Origin: Azolla caroliniana
Taxonomy: Eukaryota; Plantae; Polypodiophyta
DNA: 64,000 bases
Assembly (NCBI GenBank): GCA_043228905.1
Contig: JBHGNT010000001.1
Coordinates: 14,260,001 to 14,324,000, forward strand
Direction of reading: 5' to 3'
In this document: piece by piece, positions 49,601-62,068 of the stretch
How positions within the stretch are numbered: position 1 is the first letter of the stretch
Layout: the number at the start of each line of letters is the position of its first letter
Program-made: the position numbers and the translations under genes
The notes under the pieces: generated by a model
What the model saw: the letters and a program-made list of their open reading frames with translations, nothing else
Told to the model about the DNA's origin: nothing
Database searches by the model: none

Positions 49601-52150
49601 GATCTACCTCATCGAGAAGAAAAGCGAAGTCTTTGACTGTTTTCGAAACCTTCAAAGCTTAGTCGAAAGGGAAACGAAGAGGAAGATCAAGTCCTTGTGG
49701 TTTGATGGCAGAAAAGAATACTTTTCCGTCCAATTCAACAACTATCTGCAGCAAAAAGGAATTTGGAGAGAATTCAGCTGTCGATACACACCAGAACAAA
49801 ATGGTGTGACCAAGAGAAAGAACCGGTCGATTGTCGACGCGGCAAGGGCAATGTTGGAGGAGAAGAGCATGCCCAAGTTCTACTGGGTTGAGGCGGTCCA
49901 AACAGTCGTCTATATCTAAAACTGGATCGGGGACGAGGTGTCAACACATGAGTTGTACTTCAGGCGAAAGCCGAATTTCAGACACCTTCGGATATTCAGT
50001 AGCATAGCATATGTGCATGTACTGGATGAGAAGCGGAGGAAGTTGGATCCGAAGTCGAAGAAGTGCATATTAGTCGGCTAATCACATGAATAAAAGGGAT
50101 ATAAGTGTTATAACCCCCAGACTAAATAGGTACGAGTACGTCGAGATGTCAAGTTTGATGAATCGGCATCATAGTACTCCCTACCAATTCCAGAGGATGA
50201 GGCTAGTGAACCCGGAGAGGTTCAAGAAGAAGATGAAGGATTCGGTACTCTAGATGAGAGTTCGATCTCATTCCAGCTAAGTGGACCGAATGAGCGGTTG
50301 AGCCGGGATGACCAGTCGGATGAAGAACTGGCAAGCAGTGGAGCCTCTGTCGTGCTCTCCCCACGCAAGGAACCGAGGAGACGGTTCACGCGCAAAATGA
50401 AGGGGAAGTAGAAGATGTTGGAATACGATATCGGCAGTGAAGGGTCGGATCAAAATGAATCTGACCCCAGAAAGGAAGAATGTGGATCTTCTGAACGGAA
50501 GTCCGAACTGGCCAAGGGCCTCAAACCGGGTAACGAAAAGTTACGCCAGTCAACTCGTCAGAAGAAAACCGTCATGAGGTACGGGTACAATGAGTACATG
50601 GTGCATCACTATGCATACATGACTAAGGTGGCGGAAGTGTGTGAGTCGGAGAGCTACAAAGAAGCAGCAAAAGACGCAAATTGGCGTGCTGCTATGGAGG
50701 AAGAAGGTCACATGGGACAGTGTAAACCGATTGGTTGTAAATGGGTATATAAGGTGAAGTACAATGCCAACGGTCCGGTCAACCGGTACAATGGCACGGT
50801 TAGTGGCAAAGGGATACACACAAACTCATAGAATCAACTACGACGAAACCTTCGCTCCGGTAGTGAAGATGACGACGGTTTGTGTGGTCTTGGCTATTGT
50901 TGCGGCAAGGGGGTCGCATCTTCATCAAATGGACGTGAATAATGCATTTCTTAAGGGAGACCTTGAAGAACGGGTCTATATGATCCAACCCCCCAGTTTC
51001 CAATCGGAGATGAGCAAGTCGGTAGTGTGCCGACTCATGAAGTCGCTTTACAGTCTGAAGCAAGCCCCCCGAGCTTGGAATGAGAAGATCACGCACCGGT
51101 TGCATAAGATGGGGTTTGCGGCCTCAAAGTCTGACTTGTCATTTTTCAATTGAACAGTCCGGACGTTCCGGTTTGTATCCTGTTATATGTAGATGAATTA
51201 GTCATCACCGGACCCGAACTCAATGAAATCGGCAGAGTGAATTCCCAATTGTCGGACGCATTTGAAATGAAGGACCTGGGGGACCTTCATTACTTTCTTG
51301 GGATCGAGGTGATCCGGACCCCCGATGGAATATTGCTTTCATAAAGACACTATGTGTTGAATATGATGTACAAGTTCTGCATGACGGAATGCCGACCGAT
51401 CTCCACACCCCTGGACCAAAACCTGAAGCTACATCCCGACTCTGGTCCGGCCTGCGATGAGAAACGGTTCCGAAAAATTTTCGGAAGCCTTATATACTTG
51501 ACGATCACCCAACCCAACATCAGTTATCCAATTGGGGTGATCAGCCAGTTTATGCAAAAGCCGACCGTGGAGCACCTTCAATGCGCACATCGACTATTGC
51601 GATATGTGAGCGGCACGAAGGACCGGGGACTGTTATACCGACACAGTATAGTTGGGAAGCTAGTTGGATATACCATTGTCGACTATGCTGGTGATGCATT
51701 GGATCGCCAATCCACCTCCAGTTATATGTTTTCTCTTGGTTGCGCGGTTGTTGCATGGAGCAGCAAAAAGCAGCCAACAGTGGCTCTGTCGAGCATTGAG
51801 GCTGAGTACCGAGGCGCTACCATTGCCACCTCTGAAGCCATCTGGCTTTGGCGACTGCTGCGAGACCTCCAAATCGAGGTGCCAACCCCGATCCTGATCT
51901 ACTGCGACAACGTCAACAACATACAACTTGACAAGAACCATGTATTTCATGCTCAGACAAAGCACATAGAGGTGCATTATCACTTTGTGAGTGAGCGGGT
52001 CCTGAGTGGTGAAGTTGAACTTCGGTATGTTAATACAAGTCGGCAGGTTGCCGACATCTTCACCAAGCTGCTCGGATTGGACCAGTTGCAACACTTTTCC
52101 GAAGTTGTTGGGTCTACAACATCTCGACGTGCCGCACTTGAGGGGGAGAA
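46651..52150 (+). mobile_element. Ty1/copia element G: 5' LTR 46651-47099, gag-pol; 3' LTR not found
   Basis: TG..CA LTR followed by Met-type PBS TGGTATTAGAG at 47100. Gag (YLLGHGYWSYV, CRYYGKKGHQESEC), IN (LDLIHSDVWG), RT (LLYVDEL), RNase H (WSSKKQPTVALSSIEAEY, KHIEVHYHFV). Confidence 0.92.
48321..49154. mobile_element. Non-autonomous hAT-like DNA transposon (MITE, 834 bp)
   Basis: TIRs CATGGTTGTT / AACAACCTTG. 8-bp TSD CACCCCTC/CACCGCTC. AT-rich interior with subterminal TACGTA/CGTATT motifs. Interrupts the copia G protease (DDTP|HPV). Confidence 0.85.
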
Positions 52151-52482
52151 TGGATGGCACCGAACAAGGAGTCAGAGAGGAAGAAAGAACCAAGGGGGGG
52201 AAAAGGAGGCCAAGCCGATCGAAGGAGTGCTTGGCTTTGTCACCGGGTGCTCCTGGTTGTACTCCTTGTTTCTCTGCTTATCACTTGTCGATTGAGTTTC
52301 CTCTCCTATTGGGGTTTCTATATTGTTCTTACTTGTTCCATGTTAACCGTGCCTGAGCTCGCATCTTAAGTCTGGTTCCGACCATTGTTGCTTGCACGTT
52401 TGAGTCTGCAACCTCGTGCGTCTGCCGTTGTTTCTCGGCTTCCCGACCAAGCCTGAACCGGCATAGATATCCGGACCGATCC

Positions 52483-55400
52483 GGAGAAGAATGGCGTGCG
52501 GAAGCAATGTAGGAAAACCGAACAATAGAAAATGCAGGTTTAATGGAAAGCTTAGGTTTACACAGTACGCATAGGAGAGACAGAGAGAGAGTAACACAAG
52601 AACTTAAATTCGAAAAATAATACTCAAATCTGTACATAGAATGTGCTCAGTGAGCACTTTTATACAAGCCCTGACAGTGGGCTGACACAAGTACTGACAG
52701 TACTTGACTACTCATAAATGAGCCTCGACACTTACTCCCAAAACTATTCCTTACGAGGAATATCTTTCTAACGGCCTTTCGGTCTACGCACCGATACGGC
52801 CTTTCTACGCACCGGTCTGCGTACCGGTTTTATGCACCCTGTCTACGCACTGGTTACGCATCGTATTACGCACAAATGTTGAGCTTGTCTCTCAACACTC
52901 CCCCTCAAGCTCAACTTGAGGTTCCGCCTGCTCTGCCGGACCTACGCTCCGGCTTCTCCTAGCTCCACGCCTCGCTCGCGCTCCTCGGCATGTTCGACTC
53001 CACGCGCTTCGACCCTTCTGGTCGGCTTGTCTACTCCCACCGCCCTTCACAGGTCCCTTGCTATCGCAGTGTTGGCGCTTCTCCTGCTGCCTTCTTTTCC
53101 GCTTGGCCCTCAGTTGATTCAGTGTATCTGAATCAAACATCCGAACCGACTCAGCTACCTCTGATCGGTTTTCGCTCTCGTTCGAGCTCTCATCCGAGTT
53201 GGCGGTCTCCAACTCGTCTCCGGTCTTCTCGCCCTTGACGGCGTCATCTCCCCCATGCCTGGTTGGCTTTGGCTCGTTCTTTCGGCTACTCCCCTTGTGT
53301 CCGCTTTCGGACTCTACCGCGGATCTGCTCTCGGCTTCTTCAGCCTATCCGAGGTCTTTTCCGCTCCTTTCCTACTCCCTTTCGTGGTCATCTGGGACGT
53401 TTCTCCCCCTCAAGTTCGGCACATCGAAGTGACGCAACCCAAGCGCACCCGAAAATTGCCGCAACTTGTCCAGACCAAGAGGCTTGGTGAAGATGTCGGC
53501 GGTCTGCCGATCTGTCGGAACATATTGAAGTTCGACTTCACCAGAGAGGACACGCTCACGAACAAAATGGTAGTGCACCTCAATGCGCTTGGTCCGTGCG
53601 TGGAAGACGGGGTTCTTCGCGAGTTGGATGCTGCTGAGGTTGTTGCAGTAGATCGTCGTTGGATCGGACACCTCCACCTGCAGATCCTTAAGTAGCCACT
53701 TCAACCATATGACTTCGCATATTGCGACAGCCGCTCCTCTATACTCGGCTTCGGTGCTCGACGGTGCAACTGTCGGCTGCTTCTTACTACTCCACGCTAT
53801 CGCAGCACTCCCAAGAGAGAACGCATGTCCGGACGTGGATCGGCGATCGGCGACATTGCCGGCCCAGTCGGCATCAGCGTAGCCGACTAGCGACGGGGCT
53901 GTATCGGTCCGATATAGCAGTCCGCGGTCCTTAGTACCGCTTACGTACCGCAGTACGCGTTGCACACACTGAAGGTGCTCCTTGGTAGGTCGCGCCATGA
54001 ACTGACTGATCACCCCGACCGGATAACTGAGATCGGGTCGGGTGATGGTCAAGTAGATAAGGCTTCCGAGAACTTGTCGGAACCTTGTCGGATCGAAAAC
54101 CTTGCCGGAATTGGGGCGAAGCTTGACAGTTCTGTCCAGAGGAGTGGAGACGGACTTACAGTCTGTCGTCCCGAATTTGAAGAGCATATTCAGCGCATAA
54201 TGACGTTGACTGATTAGTATGCCTTTGGGGGTGCGGATCACTTCGATCCCGAGGAAGTAATGAAGGTCCCCCAGATCCTTCATGTCGAATGATGCCGCAA
54301 GCTGGAGCTTCACGCGGTTGATCTCACTTAGGTCGGCACTGGTGATGACCAAGTCATCAACATAGAGTAAAATACTGACCGGCCCGAGTTGACCTTTCCG
54401 AATGAACAACGAGGAGTTCGATTTTGACTTCGCAAAGCCCATCCGACGCAATCGATGCGTGATTTTTGCATTCCAGGTACGCGGGGCTTGCTTCAGTCCG
54501 TAAAGGGACTTCTTCAATCGGCATACTGCCGACGTGTTCGGTCCGGAGTGAAATCCGGGGGGTTGTACCATGTACACTTGGTCCTCAAGCTCACCTTGCA
54601 GGAATGCATTCTTTACATCCATCTGAAGTAGGTGCCACCCCTTGGCCGCGGCTACTGCGAGCAAAACACGGACAGTCGTCATCTTTGTAACCGGCGCGAC
54701 CGGCGCGAACGTCTCATCGTAGTCGATGCAGTGTTTTTGCGTGTAGCCTTTTGCCACTAATCGGGCCTTGTATCAGTTGACCGAGCCGTCGGTGTTGTAC
54801 TTGACCTTGTACACCCACCTACATCCGATCGGCTTCACACCCTTCGATGCGTCAACCAGATCCCAAGTCTCGTTTTCCGCCAATGCGTGCATCTCTTCCT
54901 CCATCGCGGCGCGCCAATTCGCGTCCTTCGCCGCTTCTGCGTAGCTACCCGGCTCACAAACTTCCACTACACGGGTCATGTACGCATAGTGATGCACCAT
55001 GTACTCATTGTATCCAAACCACACAACTGGGTTCTTTTGGCGGGTAGATCGGCGTAATCGGCCATTTGCCGATGTCGAGGTCTTCTCAGCCGGCGCGGAC
55101 TTCGTTCTTGAAGGCCCGTCGCCGCTTCCCTCGAAGTCGGACTCGCATCGGTCTGACTCGTTCCTATCCGTGCCGGAATCCGACACCTTCTGCTTCCCTT
55201 TCTCTTTGCGCGTAAGCCGTCTCCTCGGCTTCCTACGCGGGGAATGCACGACCGAGTCTCCACTACTCGCCGGCTCTTCATCGGACTGGTCGTACCGACT
55301 CAGTTGTCCATTCGGTCCACTTGACCGAAATGAAATCAGACTGTCTTCGGGGGTTCCGATTTCAAGCTCAGCCGGAGGCACCTTGGCCTCGCTGTCCTTA

Positions 55401-58197
55401 TCGTCAGAACTCGGATTGGAGGTGAGGTTTGGAGTCGGAGGCAAGTACCAGGACGCAGACTCATCAAACACAACGTCGCGGCTCATGCGCGGTTGTTTGG
55501 TACGCAGGTTATAGCACTTATAACCCTTCTGCTCATCCGAATAGCCGACCAAGATACACTTCTCGGCTTTTGCGTCCAACTTCCTCCTTTTCTCCTTCAG
55601 CACATGTACATACGCAATACTACCGAAAACTCGTAAGTGTCACAAGTTCGGCTTTGTTCCAAAGTATAGCTCGTGCGCCGACACTTTTTCTCCGATCCGG
55701 TTCTGGATGTATACCGCGGTTCTTACCACCTCAGCCCAATAGAACTTGGGCAAGCTCTTCTCCTCCAGCATTGCGTGTCCAACTTCCACAACCGACCGAT
55801 TTTTTCTCTCGGCCACGCCGTTTTGTTCCAGGGTGTATCTACAACTGAATTCGCGCCGAAATCCCATCTGTTGTAGATAACCGTTGAATTGACCGGAAAA
55901 GTATTCTTTTCCGCCATCCGACCGCATGCACTTGATCTTGCTTCCTGTTTCCGTTTCCACGAACCCTTTGAGGTCCCGGAAACAGTCAAAGACTTCGCTT
56001 TTCCTCTCAATGAGGTAGATCCACGTGTGCCGCGTGTAGTTGTCGATGAAGGAGACAAAATATCGGCTCCCGCCAAGACTAACGTTTTGTGCCGGCCCCC
56101 ACACATCAGAGTGTATCAAGTCTAGCTTGTTCCGGCTCCAATTACGCTCGTTTGGGAAAGGAAGTTGGTGTTGCTTCCCAAGCTGGCAGGCTTCACAAAC
56201 TTGTGCCTTCTGGCCACTAAAATTGGGCAATCCAAACACCACTTGTTTCGATTGCAGGTCTTGAAGCCGCTGGTTGTTGACATGGCCTATCCGTTTGTGC
56301 CATAAGTCGATGTCCGACTCGACTTTTTGTCCCTTCGTGAACATTGCGGTGCCACCGTCAGTAGAGTCGAGGATAAACATCCTCCCATCTCTGCGCCCTT
56401 GCGCAATAATACGGCCTTCTTCCTCAATGAAGCACCCAAGATGCGTAACCCGAACCTGCATCCCCTGGTTGACAATCTGGCCGACCGACACCAGATTCTT
56501 CGTGATGGTCAGGATGTGTAACACATTCATAAGTTTCCCTTTCTGCCCGACATGGCTCAAGGGGACTTCACCGACATTCGCGATCGGATGCGGAGTGTCG
56601 TCTCCAGTTGCGACTACTCCTGGTTGCGTCATTTTCTCAAGGTATGAGAACCACTCCTTGTGGCACGTCATGTGGTTTGACACGCCGGAGTCGACATACC
56701 ACACCTCGTTTGATTTCAGGGCGGACTATTTCATTGAGTTTGCTTCGTGTCTCATCACGAAGACTGACCCTTTTCCGGCTTTTCCGGATCCTTCGGCGTA
56801 GTGCGATCGCTGCCGATTTCCTTTGTCAGTATGTCCGGAACCAGACCTCTCCGACTCGGCGCGCTTCTTCCAGCACTCGCTCTCCCTGTGGCCTTTCTTG
56901 CCACAGTACCAGCATTCCGTGGCGGATTTCCCTTTCTAGTTCTCGTCGCCTCGACTTCCCCTGTTTCTGGAGGGTCCGGAATTGCTGTTATCATCACTTC
57001 GTTGTGTTCTTCCTTGATCCCGTCAACCGCCTCCATTGCGTACCGACTCGCCTCGTCCACCACGACCACGGGGCCTTTCTCCCTCCATGTACAACATCTT
57101 GTTGTCGGTGTGCATGCTCGTCGACGCACCTGCGTGGTTCTCCTCTACCAGGAGCATCGACTGTAAGTCGAAAAAGGACGGCGTATTCTCCCGGGTACAC
57201 ACTACAGTTCGGAACGCCCCAAACGTCAATGACAAACCCCCGAGACAGACCTGGACCATCTCACTTTCCTCGATGTTCACATCGATGGAAGCTAAGGAAT
57301 CGCATATGTACTTAATCCTCGAGGTATAGTTAGCCACCGACAAATCGCGTTGCCGTAGGTTGCTCAACTCCTGTCGAAGCTAAAGCTTCCTGGTTGTGGT
57401 GCTCGCGGCAAAAATCTTCTTTAGATTTTCCCATGCACCCTTCGACGTTTTTGCATCCCGAATGTAGCTTAGCAGCTGTTCACCCACACAAGACGCGAAG
57501 CAGTATAGCACTCTGCTCGCCGATTGTTCCCACGCCGGGAAGTCTTTGTGTGTCGAATCGGGTGCTGTGTCATTTGCTCCATCAACATAGCTCCAATAAC
57601 CATGTCCGAGCAGGTACTGGTGCATCTTGTAGGACCAAGATGCGTAGTTGGTTCTGTCGAGCTTCTCCGTTGGAAACGAGCTAGCCATTCCTCTGTCCAT
57701 CGGTTTTCTTGTTCTTCTTCGTTGGTTTTTCCTTCAAGCAAAGTCAACTACAGAGGTTCTCAACCCTCGCGCTCTGATACCATGAAAAGAATGGCGTGCG
57801 GAAGCAATGTAGGAAAACCGAACAACAGAAAACGCAGGTTTAATGGAAAGCTTAGGTTTACACAGTACGCACAGGAGAGACAGAGAGAGAGTAACACAAG
57901 AACTTAAATTCGAAAAATAATACTCAAATCTGTACATAGGATGTGCTCAGTGAGCACTTTTATACAAGCCCTGACAGTGGGCTGACACAAGTGTTGACAG
58001 TACTTGACTGCTCATAAATGAGCCTCGACACTTACTCCCAAAACTATTCCTTACGAGGAATATCTTTCTAATGTCCTTTCGGTCTACGCACCGATACGGC
58101 CTTTCTACGCACCGTTCTGCGTACCGGTTTTATGCACCTAGTCTATGCACTAGTTACGCATCGTATTACGCACAAATGTTGAGCTTGTCTCTCAACA
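52483..58197 (-). mobile_element. Near-complete Ty1/copia element H
   Basis: ~415-bp LTRs at 57783-58197 and ~52483-52897 with few differences. PBS TGGTATCAGAGC (tRNA-iMet, 57771-57782), PPT TTGAGGGGGAG (52898-52908). Gag, PR (WYVDSG), IN and RT-RH (LLYVDDL; 53372-54757) with a few disruptions. No TSD found. Confidence 0.95.
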
Positions 58198-58282
58198 CTT
58201 TCCGACTCCTTGGTCCGAGACCCCCGTCGTCCCGCCCGCTCTAACACGCGCACGCGGAATACCACGAGAATGTTGGAATCAG

Positions 58283-59830
58283 ATGTTGGTAGAAGCGGCA
58301 AGGGTGATGCTTGAGGAGAAAAACATGCCGAAATTTTATTGGGCCGAAGCAATTCGGAAAGCCGTCTACATCCAGAATTGGATATCGACCTCAAGAACAA
58401 AGGTGTCGCCGCACGAGCTGTACTTCGATCGGAAGCCAAATTTGGTATGCCTTTGGGTGTTCGGTAGCATTGCATATGTGCATGTACCGAAAGAAAAACG
58501 AATGAAGTTAGATGTGAAAGCTGAAAAATGCATTCTCGTCGACTACTCGGATGAATAGAAGGGTTATAAGTGTTAAAACCCCCAATCGAATGCGGTCCGA
58601 GTTACTTGAGATGTCGTTTTCGATGAATCAGCATCTTGGTACTTCTCTCCACCCGAGTCCGAGCCAATTGTTGTAGATGATCCGGTGGAATCGGGAACAG
58701 AGAGAAGCGTCGTGGAATCCGAACAACCTGATAGTCTGACTTCTCTCCAGATGAGTGGATTGAATCCAGACTCATTGAGCCGGAGTGGTCAACCGGATCA
58801 TGAACTGTAGAACTGAAAAGGAACCTCTAAGGAAGGGGTCGAGGTCGGCTCAGAAGGCCACGAAATCGGCGAATCAGGAATTGCGCTAATCCACCTGCCA
58901 AAAAAACCCATGAAGAGGTACGGGTACAATGAGTATATGGTGCGTCATTATGCGTACATGGCAAAGGTGGCAGTCGTGCATGAGCCGGAGAGCTACGCTG
59001 AAGCGGTTAAGGATCCGAACAGGCAAAAGGCCATGGAGGAAGAGATGCACGCACTCACAGAAAATGAGATGTGGATTTAGTGGATGTACCGAAAGGAGTG
59101 AAGTCGATCGGTTGTCGGTGGGTATACAAGGTCAAATACAACACCGAAGGCTCCATCAATAGGTACAAGGCCCATTTAGTGGCAAAGGGCTACGCGCAGC
59201 AGCACGACATCGACTACGATGAGACGTTCGCGTCAATCGCAAAGATGACAATCGTCCGTGTGTTGCTTGCAGTGGCAGTGGTGAAGCAGTATCATCTACA
59301 TCAAATGGATGTAAAGAACGTGTTCGTGCAACATGATCTTCAAGAGCAGGTGTATATGGTTCAGCTCCCAAATTTCAGTCCGGAATGAATACATCGGCAC
59401 TATGCCGATTGAAGAAGTCCTTCTATGGACTCAAGCAAGCCCCACGTGCCTAGAACGCGAAGATCACACAATGACTACGTTAGATGGGGTTTGCTCTGTC
59501 GAAATCGGACTCTTCACTTTTCATCCAACAAGGTAAGAATACTGCTCTATGTGGATGATCTTGTCATCGTCGACGCCGACCTAGACGAAATCGGCTGCGT
59601 GAAATCCTAGCCTGCAGCATCATTTTAGATGAAGGATCTTGGAGACCTTCACTACTTCCTTGGGATCGAAGTGATCTGAACCCCCGAAGGCATATGTGTT
59701 GAGTATGCTCTTCAAATTCGGTATGACGGAATGCAAATCTGTATCAACTCCTCTAGACCGAAATGTGAAGCTTCGTCGGAAGCCTTATATATCTGACCAT
59801 CACCCAACCGGACCTCAGTTATCCTTGATG
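58283..59830 (+). mobile_element. Degenerate Ty1/copia IN-RT fragment
   Basis: EAARVMLEEKNMPKFYWAEA, YKAHLVAKGY, HQMDVKN, LLYVDDL. Many stops and deletions. Confidence 0.88.
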
Positions 59831-59832
59831 GG

Positions 59833-60168
59833 GCCATCGGCGTTGTACTTTACCATGTACACCCACCTGCATCCGATCAGCTTCACACCCTAGGGGGTGT
59901 CAACTAGGTCACATGTCTCATTCTCAATTAGTGCACGCATCTCTTTCTCCATTTGCGGCCTTTGCCGCCTCTGTGTCCTTTGTCGTTTCGTCATCTGTAT
60001 CCAACATCCGTCCGCCATCCGGCTTGTCAGCTAATCTGGCATCCAGTCCGAAACCCAGTCCGAAACTTAGGCTCATTAGCCTAAACGGGCCTATCCGGTC
60101 GGATAGTATCCAACCCGACTTGCGGCTTGTCCAGCCGACTGGCCCATGTTGAGCTTGTCTACTCAAAA
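59833..60168 (-). mobile_element. Inverted copia RT scrap plus LTR-end remnant
   Basis: Reverse complement gives ENETCDLVD..GVKLIGCRWVY. TGTTGAGCTTGTCTACTCAA at ~60147-60166 resembles the LTR end of H. Confidence 0.6.
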
Positions 60169-60859
60169 GCTTGGCTATTGTGCATGTCCCAATATCCACT
60201 TACTAGCGACACTAAATTAATTCCAATAATAGTGGAGATTCTTTTTTTAGATGGAAGTGATAGAATTGTGTTTTCATAAAGAGAGAGAAATTTCCTTCAC
60301 ACTCTCATGGGTTGAAAATCACCCATGCAACCAAAAATTCATGTAATACAAATGAATTGGATTAGTGATTCTTGAAGCTCGAGAATTTTGTGAAACAATA
60401 TCGCAATTAAGAACTCTATGAATTTGAGAGAAATGTGTGTATGGATGGGATTGGAGTGATCCTCTATGGAAAAGAAACTTGAATGTGATAGAAAGTGGAG
60501 TATTGTAGTAGGGAGTGATTTTGATGCTTATGAACTCATTTAGGGCAAAATATGCATAATCACTAAGATTTCCCTCTTGTTCTCTAATGCCCTACATTGC
60601 ATCAAACAAACCATGAATGAAATTAATTGTATGGAAGCAATGATGTGGATAGCACACAAAGGGATGAGCTCTAGAGAGAGAGAGTGTGTGTGTATACATA
60701 TATGAATTTTATCATCCTCCAAAATAAATGAGAGAAAACAAGAGTTTACATGTATGTTGGTCATTTGGTAAGGTTGCCCAACAAAGACATGAAGCTCATG
60801 GGTTGAATCCCTACATTCCATAACTACAATGGCATCTAATCATTTAAGAGGATATATAT

Positions 60860-61700
60860 AGAGTCTTAAAGAATTAAAGAATTGGGTTTCGAACCTAAGA
60901 CAAACTTCGTAAATGACAGTTTACCACTATGGTAAACTAATTAAGAGAGAGAAAGAAATCAAAGACTAGTCAAATTTATCCTAGGTCAGGAAGTTATAAG
61001 GAAGGAAAGAACAAAGGTCTCCATACTCATCTAAATAGAAGAACATCCCAAAGGGTTGATAAAGATATGTTGATGAACCATGTTGATAGATTATGAGATA
61101 ATTACAATGCTTCTAGTAATTAAATAGGATATGTGTAAGGAGTCTTAAAAAGGTAAGGAAATTGTATTTCAAACCTAAGACGAACTTAGTAAATGATAAC
61201 TTAACACTAGGGTAAACTAATTAAGAGAGAGAAAGAAATCAAAGACGAGTCACATCTAATGTAAAAGAAATTAAAATTTTATTTATCCTAGGTTAGGAAG
61301 TTATAAGGAAAGAACAAAGGTCTCCGTACTCATCTTAAAAGAAGAACATCCCAAAGGGGTGATAAAGATATAGTAAACAATCCAACAAAGATGAACTATG
61401 TTAATGAACCAGGTAGATAGATTATGAGGTTGTAAAACAATTTCAGTAGTGTTCTCAAGATGACCTAGATAGACAACAACATGGTGGCATTAGTGACAAA
61501 ATTGGGAAGGTCTCCATACTCATCTAAAAAGAAGAACATCCCAAAGGGGTGATAAACATATATGTAAACAATCTAGCAAAGATGTGAACATGAATGGTGT
61601 CGATAGAGTATGAGGTCGTAAAACAATTTGTGTGTTCTCAAGGTGACCTAGATAGACAACAATATGGTGACATTTGTAGCAAAATTTGAAAGAGGAACAT
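60860..61700. repeat. Degenerate local tandem duplications downstream of the AP2/ERF gene
   Basis: A ~280-300-bp unit occurs at ~60860 and ~61140. GGTCTCC(A/G)TACTCATCT..AGAAGAACATCCCAAAGGG occurs three times (~61016, ~61319, ~61509). Confidence 0.8.
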
Positions 61701-62068
61701 TGAAAGGAAGTTATAAACATATAGTGAAGGATTAGGTAGTAGGTACTTGAGAGAGGAACAAGTAAGGTCGTTATACTAGATGAACTAAATGTCATTTAAG
61801 GGATAGGGCCTTGCTAACTTCACAAGAAATACCCTAAAACTCCATGGATCAGAGACACTTCCTGGGGTTCTCCAATCGCCATGGGTCAAACAAACCCCAC
61901 CCAAAACACAAAAAAGATGAGGAAAAAGGGTTTTGAGGCAACTAATGGCGAAAGGGGAACCGTGTGAAAGCATCTATAAGGGAACAACACTGCCCCCTAC
62001 CTAACCTTCAGTATTTTGCTGAAACTGAGTGGGTTTTCTCCCATAAATTGCCCACATTTTCATGGAAA

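Noticed and set aside
52478-58202. TSD for copia H
   Set aside because: Flanks GATCC and CTTTC do not match and the left LTR terminus is altered, so an intact insertion cannot be claimed.
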